A stretch of DNA of 64,000 nucleotides from an uncultured Bacteroidia bacterium (lineage in GTDB: Bacteria > Bacteroidota > Bacteroidia > Bacteroidales > F082): the NCBI GenBank assembly GCA_963759045.1, contig CAVWXM010000033.1:6452-70451 (forward strand). The letters are read 5' to 3'. Each line of letters starts with the position of its first letter. Position 1 is the stretch's first letter. Positions 1-10,414 of the stretch are shown piece after piece. A model generated the notes under the pieces. That model saw only the letters and a list, made by a program, of their open reading frames with translations. It was not told where the DNA came from and did not search any database. Both the position numbers and the translations under genes were made by a program.

Positions 1-2893
1 ATCACTTCATTCTCAAAAATGGCTTTTTGCCTATCTAAAAAATCAATATCGAATGAACCATCATTAATAAAAGGATTTATGGTGAAATATCCTACCCTGA
101 ACGAAGTCAGGTTTTGGAAAAAGTGTGTTCCCTGACTGGGATCAATGCGGTAGTTTTCCAGACCTGATTCAATGATTAACCGTGCAGCAGAAATTTGAGG
201 CCATTTAACCGGTATACCCAGCCATGGATCAGATGAACCCCAGCGGCCCGGGCCAATAAGTATATAGTTCTTCCCTTGTTCTAAAAACCGATGATTAATC
301 TCATCGATCATATTCACCGTTTCTTTATTTCTGGAAGCCTCAAAGTTTTGAGGACGTATATATACCACATCATAAATATCATTGATAATTCCATTTCCAA
401 GTGCTGATTCTGAAACGATCAATGCATCATCTTTTGAAATATTGGCTTTGTTAAGATTGATGCTTTCCTGCTTGGTTGCTATCGGACGAATTTGCAGCAT
501 ATTGAAAACAATGTTTCCGTTTTTTTCCGGTTTCAAATCCACAGCAAATTCAATTTCAACAGGATATCCCATTTCTTTTTCGCCTAGTGACAAAATTTTC
601 TGAAGAATGGCGGCCAATGGAAATGTATTGTGTTTTAATATATTGGAGAAGGTAATTAGCTTTTTTCCCTCATCGGCATAGCCATCCCTGATAATGTTGT
701 TCTGAAAGTCATAAGTTGAAGCAATCATTCTGATCGAATCATCCTTTTCTGCCTCCTTAATTCTAAGTTTCAATAACGATTTACTATCATCGGGTGAAGT
801 GGTAAATTCATCCGGGTTCAGACTTAATGCAAAGAAATGTTTCTGTGTTTCTTTAACTGCCATATCCGGATTTGATGTTTGCAAAACTTTTTTCGGATAT
901 TTCGGTGTAAACCTTAAAGACAGTCCTCCGTCAACAATATACTTTCCAAGTCCAAGTGCGATGCTGACAGTTCCATCTTCAGGTTTTTCGGGAGGTATTG
1001 GATAATAATCTATTGACCGTCCCACTCCAGACAGTGTTGGATAAAAACGGTCGCCATACTGACTTCCACAAACTGTTTGCATTACAATGGCCATCTTTTC
1101 CTCATCAATCACATTTGACGTAGCCTGCATATAGGCTTTACTGTCTTTGTAATATGCCGATGCATAAACAGCTTTAATGCTTGACTTTACCATTTCAAAC
1201 ATTCTATTAAGTTCATTCTCTAAGTAAGGCACCATATAAGTATTGTAAATTCCGGCAAAAGGTTGATAATGGGAATCTTCCAGTAAACTAGAAGATCTTA
1301 CAGCAAGTGGTCGATCAACGAAGGTGAGAATGGTATAAATATCATCATGTATCCTTTCAGGGAGATGGGCATTGAGAAAGTGTTCTAATATCTCAGTATC
1401 ATTCATGTCATCTGACATTGCAATTTGGTGCAATTGGTTTTCCTCCATGAATTCATCAAAAATATCGGTTCCAAGTACAACTGTTTTTGGAATTGTGATG
1501 CTTACTTTATCAAATTCATTATAGAGGTGATTCCGTTTAATCAATGAATCAAGAAATGCCAGGCCTCTTGCCTTACCGCCGATAGATCCTTCACCGATCC
1601 GTGTAATGGTAAAGTATTCGTCAAAACTTTCCCGTTTAAATTTAGAAATTACACCCCTGGCTTTTGATATCCTGAAATTTGCTATCGCCTCAAATACGAA
1701 TGTCCGTATTTCATAGCTATTTTTGAAATCTTCTCTTGTAAATTGCTTAAAAAGATTGGCAATTGGGAATAAAGCACGCGCTCTCAGCCATTTTGATATA
1801 TGATCCCGTTCGATATGATACATCAACGAATCCTCGGGAATCTGGAATATCTTTTCCTGCAAATCTTTTAAATCCCTGGCCCTGGCAACAATTTCATGCG
1901 TTTTAGGTTGTTTAAAAATAAAATCTCCAAAAGCAAAATATTCCTTAATAAATTCCCGTAATTCATAATTTAAACTCTTTGAGTTTTTGTCAATATAACC
2001 TACTCTTAATACCTTCGCTTTGGATTGATTTTCGGGATTTGATGATTGCAACAATAACGGGGTATATTTATTTTCGTTTTTTATGTGTCGAACCAGGCTA
2101 ATACCGGCATTTGTATCTTTTTTACCCCCTCTTTGATAGGTAATATCAGAAATTACACCCAATAAATTATGTTTGTACAGTTCATACAATTCTAATGCCT
2201 CTTCATAATTGGTAGCAAGTAAGATTTTTGGACGACCTCGGGCACGCATCATTTTTTGGTGCTCGTTCAATCCTTCCGTCATGAATATTTAGATTGCTTA
2301 AAAATGATTTTATAAATATTTGGGTAGGTAACTTGAATAAAACCGGATGTTGTCTTCAACAAGTAAAATGGTTTGAACTCCAACTTCCTGACATCGTGTT
2401 CCACGTTCATCTTATCCTCAATCAATTTAATGATTGCCAATAGAATGTCAGCATTACCAAGCCAACTAAAAATATAATCGATTGACCCGAGGTTAAGCTT
2501 CTCTATTTTCAGACTTACCTCACGTGAAAAAGGTGTGAGGACAACAATAGGAATGTCAGGATATTTTGATTTAATGTTGTCTGCCAGTTGGAAAGTATCT
2601 GTTTCTTCTACACTTAACATGGTTACAACAAGGTCAATATCTTCTTCCTTTAAAACTTTAAAGGCGTTTTTCTCAGAAGTAGTATTGATAAACCTTGGTG
2701 GAAATCGCAAATTCAATGACATATATTCATAAAAAATCTGCTCTTCAATACGTCCATCTTCCTCAATAATAAAAGCATCGTATACACTTGAAATAATTAA
2801 TACATTATAGATACGCTTTCGCATGATGTTCGAAAACGAAACTTCCTCGAAATACTTTTTCTGGGTTTCTATATCGGCTTTGGTTGGAATCAT
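1..2893 (-). pseudogene. Dual receiver-domain / PPDK_N (PEP-pyruvate-binding ATP-grasp) protein, left copy; 3' end runs off the window; N-terminal part frameshifted
   Basis: The ORF track gives 2279..2893 (204 aa, receiver-like). An unlisted open frame runs from ATG 2282 down to base 3; I checked the frame at 1439 and it reads ...NQLHQIAMSDDMNDTEILEH. It contains GGKARGLAFL (PPDK_N-like). Compared with the right copy there are 3 single-base indels in 2282..2400, including the TCATGA junction at 2279-2282. Confidence 0.65.
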
Positions 2894-3013
2894 TGGCTAT
2901 TGCTGTTGACTTGGAACAAAGATATGGATTAGATGGATATTGGTTACTAGATGGTTAATGGTTATTAGAAAAATGAATAACTCAATCAGCCTTTTGGACC
3001 TTCTATTTGATAA

Positions 3014-3964
3014 TTATTTATCATTTTCCTTAAACCATGCGATGGTTTGTTTAATTGTATCTTCTAAAGGAGTTTCAACAAAATCCGGAAAATCGCTACG
3101 AAGCTTTTTATCATTTAGTTCTACATTATTTTCAAACATATAATAGTTTTCTTTTAACTCCTTAATAACGGGCATGAACAATGACATCATATTCATTATC
3201 CATTTGGGCAGAACATTTACTTTATCAGGGCCGCCAGTTATCTGGCTTATTTGTTTTGCCAGATCTTTTACTGATGAAAAAACATGTCCGCCATAATTAT
3301 AATTTGAAAAGGCAGGCAAATTATTCTTTAAGCATAACAAATAAATCAATTTTGCTGCATCAGGTGTGTAAACAAACTGATGAGGAATATCAGCATTGAT
3401 CAACCAGTTGATGGCTTTATTCTTAGCAGCATTTCCAAATACCGGTTTGATTAAACCATTTGTCACATTTGGTCCGTAAAAATCAGGAAGCCGAATAAAA
3501 ATAACCTTGCATTTACTTGCTTCTACAGACGCTCTTAATAAATCAAATAATCTAAGTCTTATAATTCCTTTTTTGGTGGATGGTTGTGGAACCATATCTT
3601 CAGTAATTTGCTTCACATTGCCAAACTCGTAAATATTCCCGGGAAAAATAATTGTAGCCTTACTTTTGGTTGCAGCCTCAATTACATTCTGTGTAACCTT
3701 TTCCATGTTTTCTTCCCATTTATTGTAGGGATAATTGATGCCATGAAAAATGAACTTTTTATCTTTTGCAATCTCTTTCAACTTTGGCAAATCCATTGCA
3801 TCACCTTCTTCAATAATCAGCAAAGTATTTTCTCCAAAAAGTTTTAGTGCTTTCGCTTTATTCCTGACAAGTAAGGTGACAGGAATTTTTTCATCAAGTA
3901 GTGTTTGAGTAAATGCATAGCCGATGCTGCCTGTTGAGCCGGTTACAAGATATTTTGAAGTCAT
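3014..3964 (-). CDS. NAD(P)-dependent epimerase/dehydratase (SDR/NmrA-like) family protein, intact copy
   Basis: 316-aa ORF. N-terminal Rossmann motif VTGSTGSIGYAF. Collinear with the frameshifted right copy. Confidence 0.8.
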   Translation of the reverse strand: MTSKYLVTGSTGSIGYAFTQTLLDEKIPVTLLVRNKAKALKLFGENTLLIIEEGDAMDLPKLKEIAKDKKFIFHGINYPYNKWEENMEKVTQNVIEAATKSKATIIFPGNIYEFGNVKQITEDMVPQPSTKKGIIRLRLFDLLRASVEASKCKVIFIRLPDFYGPNVTNGLIKPVFGNAAKNKAINWLINADIPHQFVYTPDAAKLIYLLCLKNNLPAFSNYNYGGHVFSSVKDLAKQISQITGGPDKVNVLPKWIMNMMSLFMPVIKELKENYYMFENNVELNDKKLRSDFPDFVETPLEDTIKQTIAWFKENDK

Positions 3965-4049
3965 ATTTTTCTAATTTGAAAGATTCGAAAATCTCCCAAA
4001 AGTAAATAAAACGAACCTTTGATTTAGATATAGATTAGAAGTATCAATT

Positions 4050-5270
4050 TTATTTTTTGCAATTGATTTTATAAATAAAAAACAAAGACGATAAAATTAT
4101 TATCATAAATAGGATAAAGAATGGTTGAAAACCAAAATGTTCGATAATCCAACCTCCCAGTAAAGGGAAAAGTGCCGGTAGAATATTTCCTGCTCCGGCA
4201 ATTCCGGCATACAAGGCTCTATTTTCAGTTCCTGAAACCTCTAGCAAAACTCCATTCATTGAAATTGTATAGGCTGTGAATATAACACCTCCAATAAAAA
4301 AGATGACAATAAATGAAGGCATTGCGGGCGAAAGAAGAATAAAAAGCGGAAGCAAAAATGCCAATATTGAACTTCCGTATAACAGGTAACGATATTTATA
4401 TTTTTTTGCAAAGAAGAACAGGATAAATCCGGTGACTACACTACCTATTATTTTAAAAAGCAAGAACAAGCCAGTATCAGAACTTTCTGTGTGATAAAAC
4501 TCTTTTGCATACAGAATTACGAATGGAAGCAGGGCAATGCTAATACCCATTGTATTAATAAATCCCAGAAAATACTTTAACTTACTATTTTGTTTTAGCT
4601 CAGTTTTTATAAGCTGAAAAAAGTGATTTGGGTTTTTTACAGCCATCCTTGAAGGCGTTACTTCTTTGATGTTCCAGAAGCCGAATGATGCAACGAAGAG
4701 TGCACCAAAAGCAATTAAAAACATATATGCATAATTGGTAGGATATTCTGAAAGACTTAAAACTCTTTTAGCAAGCACAGCAGAAAAGAACAAGATTGTA
4801 CCAGTAATTACTTGCCTTACTGAAAAAAAAGACTTGCGTGAACTTTGCAAAATTGATTTACCTAAAATATCAGTATAACTTACGTTGGCAAAAGCTCCAC
4901 CAAAAGAGAAAATAGCGATAAGAATAAAGATGAGCCAAATGATACTTGATTCATCAATTAGCTGTGAAAACAAAAGCATAAGCCCAAGTCCGAGCAAAGA
5001 AAAAATTCTCGAGTTAATTCCCAGCAACAAAAACTTTTTCTTGAAATGATAATTGCTTATAAATGGAGCATAAACTAATTGGGTAAAACTTGAACCACCT
5101 AACATAATTGAAGTTAAAATTCCGACTTGAAAGGCGGTACCACCTGCGTCGACGAGCATCGCAGGAATAATTGTATCCACATCCATAAAAACTTGCGCAA
5201 GAGCCAAAAATCCGGCATGCCATAGCAGTGAATAAGAATTTCGTTTGGATATTTCCGGTGTCAGTTTCAT
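4050..5270 (-). CDS. MFS transporter, left copy
   Basis: 406-aa ORF that is hydrophobic throughout, with about 12 predicted helices by eye. 6 of 406 aa differ from the right copy. Confidence 0.8.
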   Translation of the reverse strand: MKLTPEISKRNSYSLLWHAGFLALAQVFMDVDTIIPAMLVDAGGTAFQVGILTSIMLGGSSFTQLVYAPFISNYHFKKKFLLLGINSRIFSLLGLGLMLLFSQLIDESSIIWLIFILIAIFSFGGAFANVSYTDILGKSILQSSRKSFFSVRQVITGTILFFSAVLAKRVLSLSEYPTNYAYMFLIAFGALFVASFGFWNIKEVTPSRMAVKNPNHFFQLIKTELKQNSKLKYFLGFINTMGISIALLPFVILYAKEFYHTESSDTGLFLLFKIIGSVVTGFILFFFAKKYKYRYLLYGSSILAFLLPLFILLSPAMPSFIVIFFIGGVIFTAYTISMNGVLLEVSGTENRALYAGIAGAGNILPALFPLLGGWIIEHFGFQPFFILFMIIILSSLFFIYKINCKK

Positions 5271-5423
5271 CTGTAACTCGTTTTAATTAATGCTTTTACT
5301 AACACCAGTAAATTCATACTATGCTACTTTACTAAAGCCTTTTACTGATAAATCAGCAATGATTATGACAAATCGAAGTATGAGAATTCTTCTGATCCAC
5401 ATAAAGTAATTACTAAATATGGT

Positions 5424-6608
5424 TTATTCAATTTTGTCCAAGGCCTGTTGCAAATCAATAATAAGATCATCAACATCTTCAATGCCGACCGAATAGCGGA
5501 CTAAACCATCTGTAATATGGGCAGCTAGTTTATCTTTTTTTGAAACACCTGCATGAGTCATTGAAGCGGGATGCTGGATTAAGGTTTCAACACCGCCAAG
5601 TGAAACCGCTAGTGTTGCCAGGTGAACATTATCCATCAGGATTTTACCTGCTTCGTATCCACCTTTAAGTCCAAAACTGATCATGCTGCCAAATCCATTC
5701 ATTTGCTCTTTTGCCAAATCATATTGCTCAAATGACTTTAATCCAGGATATTTTATCCATTCAACTTTAGGATGAGCCTCAAGGTATTCAGCAATTTTCA
5801 TTGCACTTTCCTGTGCTTTGTCAATTCGCAAAGATAATGTTTTTACACCCCTGATCACCATAAAAGCCTGATGGGGATCCATGTTCCCACCCATATATAC
5901 CATTGCTTTCCGGATTTTTTTGTATATTTCTTTGTCTTTGGTAATAATTGCACCGCCTACAATATCGGCATGGCCATTAATAAACTTTGTTAATGAATGC
6001 AGCACAACATCAGCCCCGAGGTTTAGTGGCTTTTGAAGATATGGGCTACAGAAAGTATTGTCAACACAAACCAGGATGTTGTGTTTATGTGCAATTTCAG
6101 ATGCTTTTTTGATATCGGTTAATTGTATTGTTGGATTAGCCGGCGTCTCGAGGTAAAGCAGTTTTGTATTTGGCCTGATTGTTTTTTCTAATAAGTCAAG
6201 GTCAGAAGTATCAATGTAGGAATATTCAACCCCAAACTTTGAAAAATGGGTTTCCATCACCCCGCGGCTTGGACCATAAACGGCTCCTGTGCTTATCATG
6301 TGGCTACCTTGTTTTAAAAGTGACATATACACTGTACTAACAGCTGCCATTCCGGATGCCAGTGCGATGCCCCTATATCCGTTTTCCAACTCTGCCAGTT
6401 TATTCTCAAGCACTTCAATGGTTGGGTTACCAATGCGGGTGTAAATATAGCCGTTCTCTTTACCGGCAAATAAATCTGCACCATGCTGCGCACTTTTAAA
6501 TGAAAAAGTAGACGTTTGATATATAGGTGTAACTGCACTTCCAAAAGCATCATTAAAATCGCCTGCATGGATTAATTTTGAATTAAATCCTAAATTCTTT
6601 GTTTCCAT
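5424..6608 (-). CDS. Methionine gamma-lyase / Cys-Met-metabolism PLP-dependent enzyme, left copy
   Basis: Full-length match to the Cys_Met_Meta_PP architecture. PLP-lysine motif SLTKFINGH. The likely start is METKNLG (the track ORF starts 11 codons upstream, at 6641). Confidence 0.88.
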   Translation of the reverse strand: METKNLGFNSKLIHAGDFNDAFGSAVTPIYQTSTFSFKSAQHGADLFAGKENGYIYTRIGNPTIEVLENKLAELENGYRGIALASGMAAVSTVYMSLLKQGSHMISTGAVYGPSRGVMETHFSKFGVEYSYIDTSDLDLLEKTIRPNTKLLYLETPANPTIQLTDIKKASEIAHKHNILVCVDNTFCSPYLQKPLNLGADVVLHSLTKFINGHADIVGGAIITKDKEIYKKIRKAMVYMGGNMDPHQAFMVIRGVKTLSLRIDKAQESAMKIAEYLEAHPKVEWIKYPGLKSFEQYDLAKEQMNGFGSMISFGLKGGYEAGKILMDNVHLATLAVSLGGVETLIQHPASMTHAGVSKKDKLAAHITDGLVRYSVGIEDVDDLIIDLQQALDKIE

Positions 6609-7028
6609 TATTATTGATTTTATTTTTAATAAATCTTTCAATTTTATTTATAATTATTTTCGGTGCCCGCATCGGTTTTCTGGAATCGATATCTACAAAA
6701 GCCACCGTGCTTTCTGCTTTATTAATCAGTTCATTATTTTGGTTTCGAACTTCGTGATGAAACAACATTCTGCTACATGGCATTTTATCCAGATGGGTTT
6801 TTATAGTGATGATATCATCATAGAAAACTGGTTTTAAGTATTTTGTTTTTAAGTAGATAACCGGCAACATGATGTTGTGGTTTTCCAACTCTTTGTCACA
6901 AATACCGAGTTCCCGAAACAATTCTGTTCGGCTTATATGGTAATATTTTGCATAATTTCCGTGATATACATAACCCATTTATCAACCTCATCATACCTTA
7001 TCCTGATTTGATTTTTGTATGTAATCAT
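6583..7028 (-). CDS. YbgC/4HBT-type acyl-CoA thioesterase, left copy, with a 1-nt N-terminal homopolymer frameshift
   Basis: 131-aa ORF MGYVYHGNYAKYYH... The right copy reads MITYKNQIRIRYDEVDKMGYVYHGNY. The left copy has gttgataaatggg where the right has gttgataaaatggg (A3 versus A4), which breaks the first 17 codons. Confidence 0.75.
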
Positions 7029-7052
7029 GCTTTTTAATTAAATGCTTTTTAA

Positions 7053-7340
7053 ACTGTTGCTTTGGAAGCAGAATACTTCCTTATTTATGAAGATGATAAA
7101 GATGAATTATCCCATTTTGACAACCGCGATTCTGCCAATGATGCGCATGGTGCCGGACCTAAAACAGCTCAAAAATTGTTTGAATACAAACCTGATGTTT
7201 TAATTACGGGAAATGGTCCCGGAGGAAATGCAGCCACAGTGCTTGAAAAAGCAGGTATGGGAATTTTCATCGGAGCTAATGATATGACTGTTAAAGAAGC
7301 TTTTGAAGCTTTCAAAAGCAACAGGTTAAAAAGCATTTAA
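7053..7340 (+). CDS. NifX/NifB-like (dinitrogenase FeMo-cofactor-biosynthesis domain) small protein, 5'-truncated at the duplication junction
   Basis: The 92-aa ORF ...AEYFLIYEDD...GAGPKTAQKLFEYKPDVLITGNGPGGNAATVLEKAGMGIFIG...VKEAFEAFKSNRLK fits the roughly 115-aa NifX/NifB-type domain. About 25 N-terminal residues are missing, there is no ATG, and a stop lies at 7050-7052. Confidence 0.6.
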   Translation, partial: TVALEAEYFLIYEDDKDELSHFDNRDSANDAHGAGPKTAQKLFEYKPDVLITGNGPGGNAATVLEKAGMGIFIGANDMTVKEAFEAFKSNRLKSI

Positions 7341-7349
7341 TTAAAAAGC

Positions 7350-7796
7350 ATGATTACATACAAAAATCAAATCAGGATAAGGTATGATGAGGTTGATAAA
7401 ATGGGTTATGTATATCACGGAAATTATGCAAAATATTACCATATAAGCCGAACAGAATTGTTTCGGGAACTCGGTATTTGTGACAAAGAGTTGGAAAACC
7501 ACAACATCATGTTGCCGGTTATCTACTTAAAAACAAAATACCTAAAACCAATTTTCTATGATGATATCATCACTATAAAAACCCATCTGGATAAAATGCC
7601 ATGTAGCAGAATGTTGTTTCATCACGAAGTTCGAAACCAAAATAATGAACTGATTAATAAAGCAGAAAGCACGGTGGCTTTTGTAGATATCGATTCCAGA
7701 AAACCGATGCGGGCACCGAAGATAATTATAAATAAAATTGAAAGATTTATTAAAAATAAAACCAATAATAATGGAAACAAAGAATTTAGGATTTAA
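7350..7796 (+). CDS. YbgC/4HBT-type acyl-CoA thioesterase, right copy (intact)
   Basis: 148-aa ORF. IRIRYDEVDKMGYVYHGNY is typical of the hotdog-fold 4HBT family. Confidence 0.82.
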   Translation: MITYKNQIRIRYDEVDKMGYVYHGNYAKYYHISRTELFRELGICDKELENHNIMLPVIYLKTKYLKPIFYDDIITIKTHLDKMPCSRMLFHHEVRNQNNELINKAESTVAFVDIDSRKPMRAPKIIINKIERFIKNKTNNNGNKEFRI

Positions 7797-8955
7797 TTCA
7801 AAATTAATCCATGCAGGCGATTTTAATGATGCTTTTGGAAGTGCAGTTACACCTATATATCAAACGTCAACTTTTTCATTTAAAAGTGCGCAGCATGGTG
7901 CAGATTTATTTGCCGGTAAAGAGAAGGGCTATATTTACACCCGTATTGGTAACCCAACCATTGAAGTGCTTGAGAATAAACTGGCAGAGTTGGAAAACGG
8001 ATATGGGGGCATAGCACTGGCATCCGGAATGGCAGCTGTTAGTACAGTGTATATGTCACTTTTAAAACAAGGTAGCCACATGATAAGCACAGGAGCCGTT
8101 TATGGTCCAAGCCGTGGGGTGATGGAAACCCATTTTTCAAAGTTTGGGGTTGAATATTCCTATATTGATACTTCTGACCTTGACTTATTAGAAAAAACAA
8201 TCAGGCCAAATACAAAACTGCTTTACCTCGAGACGCCGGCTAATCCAACAATACAATTAACCGATATTAAAAAAGCATCTGAAATTGCACATAAACACAA
8301 TATCCTGGTTTGTGTTGACAATACTTTCTGTAGCCCATATCTTCAAAAGCCACTAAACCTCGGGGCTGATGTTGTGCTGCATTCATTAACAAAGTTTATT
8401 AATGGCCATGCCGATATTGTAGGCGGTGCAATTATTACCAAAGACAAAGAAATATACAAAAACATCCGGAAAGCAATGGTATATATGGGTGGGAACATGG
8501 ATCCCCATCAGGCTTTTATGGTGATCAGGGGTGTAAAAACATTATCTTTGCGAATTGACAAAGCACAGGAAAGTGCAATGAAAATTGCTGAATACCTTGA
8601 GGCTCATCCTAAAGTTGAATGGATAAAATATCCTGGATTAAAGTCATTTGAGCAATATGATTTGGCAAAAGAGCAAATGAATGGATTTGGCAGCATGATC
8701 AGCTTTGGACTTAAAGGTGGTTACGAAGCAGGTAAAATCCTGATGGATAATGTTCACCTGGCAACACTAGCGGTTTCACTTGGCGGTGTTGAAACCTTAA
8801 TCCAGCATCCCGCTTCAATGACTCATGCAGGTGTTTCAAAAAAAGATAAACTAGCTGCCCATATTACAGATGGTTTAGTCCGCTATTCGGTCGGCATTGA
8901 AGATGTTGATGATCTTATTATTGATTTGCAACAGGCCTTGGACAAAATTGAATAA
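7771..8955 (+). CDS. Methionine gamma-lyase / Cys-Met-metabolism PLP-dependent enzyme, right copy
   Basis: Same architecture as the left copy. 4 of 405 aa differ across the track ORFs (S9P, N63K, R90G, K/N in YKKI versus YKNI). Confidence 0.88.
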   Translation: METKNLGFNSKLIHAGDFNDAFGSAVTPIYQTSTFSFKSAQHGADLFAGKEKGYIYTRIGNPTIEVLENKLAELENGYGGIALASGMAAVSTVYMSLLKQGSHMISTGAVYGPSRGVMETHFSKFGVEYSYIDTSDLDLLEKTIRPNTKLLYLETPANPTIQLTDIKKASEIAHKHNILVCVDNTFCSPYLQKPLNLGADVVLHSLTKFINGHADIVGGAIITKDKEIYKNIRKAMVYMGGNMDPHQAFMVIRGVKTLSLRIDKAQESAMKIAEYLEAHPKVEWIKYPGLKSFEQYDLAKEQMNGFGSMISFGLKGGYEAGKILMDNVHLATLAVSLGGVETLIQHPASMTHAGVSKKDKLAAHITDGLVRYSVGIEDVDDLIIDLQQALDKIE

Positions 8956-9108
8956 ACCATATTTAGTAATTACTTTATGTGGATCAGAAGAATTCTCATA
9001 CTTCGATTTGTCATAATCATTGCTGATTTATCAGTAAAAGGCTTTAGTAAAGTAGCATAGTATGAATTTACTGGTGTTAGTAAAAGCATTAATTAAAACG
9101 AGTTACAG

Positions 9109-10329
9109 ATGAAACTGACACCGGAAATATCCAAACGAAATTTTTTTTCACTGCTATGGCATGCCGGATTTTTGGCTCTTGCACAAGTTTTTATGGATGT
9201 GGATACAATTATTCCTGCGATGCTTGTCGATGCAGGTGGTACCGCCTTTCAAGTCGGAATTTTAACTTCAATTATGTTAGGTGGTTCAAGTTTTACCCAG
9301 TTAGTTTATGCGCCATTTATAAGCAATTATCATTTCAAGAAAAAGTTTTTGTTGCTGGGAATTAACTCGAGAATTTTTTCCTTGCTCGGACTTGGGCTTA
9401 TGCTACTGTTTTCACAGCTAATTGATGAATCAAATATCATTTGGCTCATCTTTGTTCTTATTGCTATTTTCTCTTTTGGTGGAGCTTTTGCCAACGTAAG
9501 TTATACTGATATTTTAGGTAAATCAATTTTGCAAAGTTCACGCAAGTCTTTTTTTTCAGTAAGGCAGGTAATTACTGGTACAATCTTGTTCTTTTCTGCT
9601 GTGCTTGCTAAAAAAGTTTTAAGTCTTTCAGAATATCCTACCAATTATGCATATATGTTTTTAATTGCTTTTGGTGCACTCTTCGTTGCATCATTCGGCT
9701 TCTGGAACATCAAAGAAGTAACGCCTTCAAGGATGGCTGTAAAAAACCCAAATCACTTTTTTCAGCTTATAAAAACTGAGCTAAAACAAAATAGTAAGTT
9801 AAAGTATTTTCTGGGATTTATTAATACAATGGGTATTAGCATTGCCCTGCTTCCATTCGTAATTCTGTATGCAAAAGAGTTTTTTCACACAGAAAGCTCT
9901 GATACTGGTTTGTTCTTGCTTTTTAAAATAATAGGTAGTGTTGTCACCGGATTTATCCTGTTCTTCTTTGCAAAAAAATATAAATATCGTTACCTCTTAT
10001 ACGGAAGTTCAATATTGGCATTTTTGCTTCCGCTTTTCATTCTACTTTCGCCCGCAATGCCTTCTTTTATTGTCATCTTTTTTATTGGAGGTGTTATATT
10101 CACAGCCTATACAATTTCAATGAATGGAGTTTTGCTAGAGGTTTCAGGAACTGAAAACAGAGCCTTGTATGCCGGAATTGCCGGAGCAGGAAATATTCTA
10201 CCGGCACTTTTCCCTTTACTGGGAGGTTGGATTATCGAACATTTTGGTTTTCAACCATTCTTTATCCTATTCATGATAATAATTTTATCGTCTTTGTTTT
10301 TTATTTATAAAATCAATTGCAAAAAATAA
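9109..10329 (+). CDS. MFS transporter, right copy
   Basis: 406-aa ORF. In the sampled 330 nt (9931..10260 versus the left arm), all 6 nucleotide differences are synonymous. Confidence 0.8.
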   Translation: MKLTPEISKRNFFSLLWHAGFLALAQVFMDVDTIIPAMLVDAGGTAFQVGILTSIMLGGSSFTQLVYAPFISNYHFKKKFLLLGINSRIFSLLGLGLMLLFSQLIDESNIIWLIFVLIAIFSFGGAFANVSYTDILGKSILQSSRKSFFSVRQVITGTILFFSAVLAKKVLSLSEYPTNYAYMFLIAFGALFVASFGFWNIKEVTPSRMAVKNPNHFFQLIKTELKQNSKLKYFLGFINTMGISIALLPFVILYAKEFFHTESSDTGLFLLFKIIGSVVTGFILFFFAKKYKYRYLLYGSSILAFLLPLFILLSPAMPSFIVIFFIGGVIFTAYTISMNGVLLEVSGTENRALYAGIAGAGNILPALFPLLGGWIIEHFGFQPFFILFMIIILSSLFFIYKINCKK

Positions 10330-10414
10330 AATTGATACTTCTAATCTATATCTAATTCAAAGGTTCGTTTTATTTACTTTTGGGAGATTTTCGAATCTTT
10401 CAAATTAGAAAAAC

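Larger units (their letters stand above)
1..7072 (-). repeat. Left arm of a >=7.07-kb inverted segmental duplication (mirror of 7307..14377)
   Basis: The reverse complement aligns colinearly with the right arm. Paired ORF ends sum to about 14379 (5424/8955, 4050/10329, 3964/10415, 6641/7738). Sampled stretches are about 98% identical. Homology is still running at base 1, so the arm extends beyond the window. Confidence 0.92.

Noticed and set aside
382-1005. Plus-strand ORFs 382..603 and 799..1005, with mirror images 13775..13996 and 13373..13579 on the minus strand. Similar mirrored small ORFs include 2535..2732/11644..11841, 5014..5223/9156..9365 and 6314..6568/7811..8014.
   Set aside because: They lie antisense inside well-supported long genes and appear twice only because the locus is duplicated. 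Their composition is that of shadow ORFs, not independent genes.
8956-9108. The 153-bp lyase-MFS intergenic spacer is 100% identical between the arms (checked base by base against 5271..5423), which suggested a conserved regulatory element or a gene-conversion patch.
   Set aside because: At about 2% divergence only about 3 differences are expected in 153 bp, and the neighbouring 85-bp MFS-epimerase spacer has 2. The excess conservation is not statistically convincing from this window alone.
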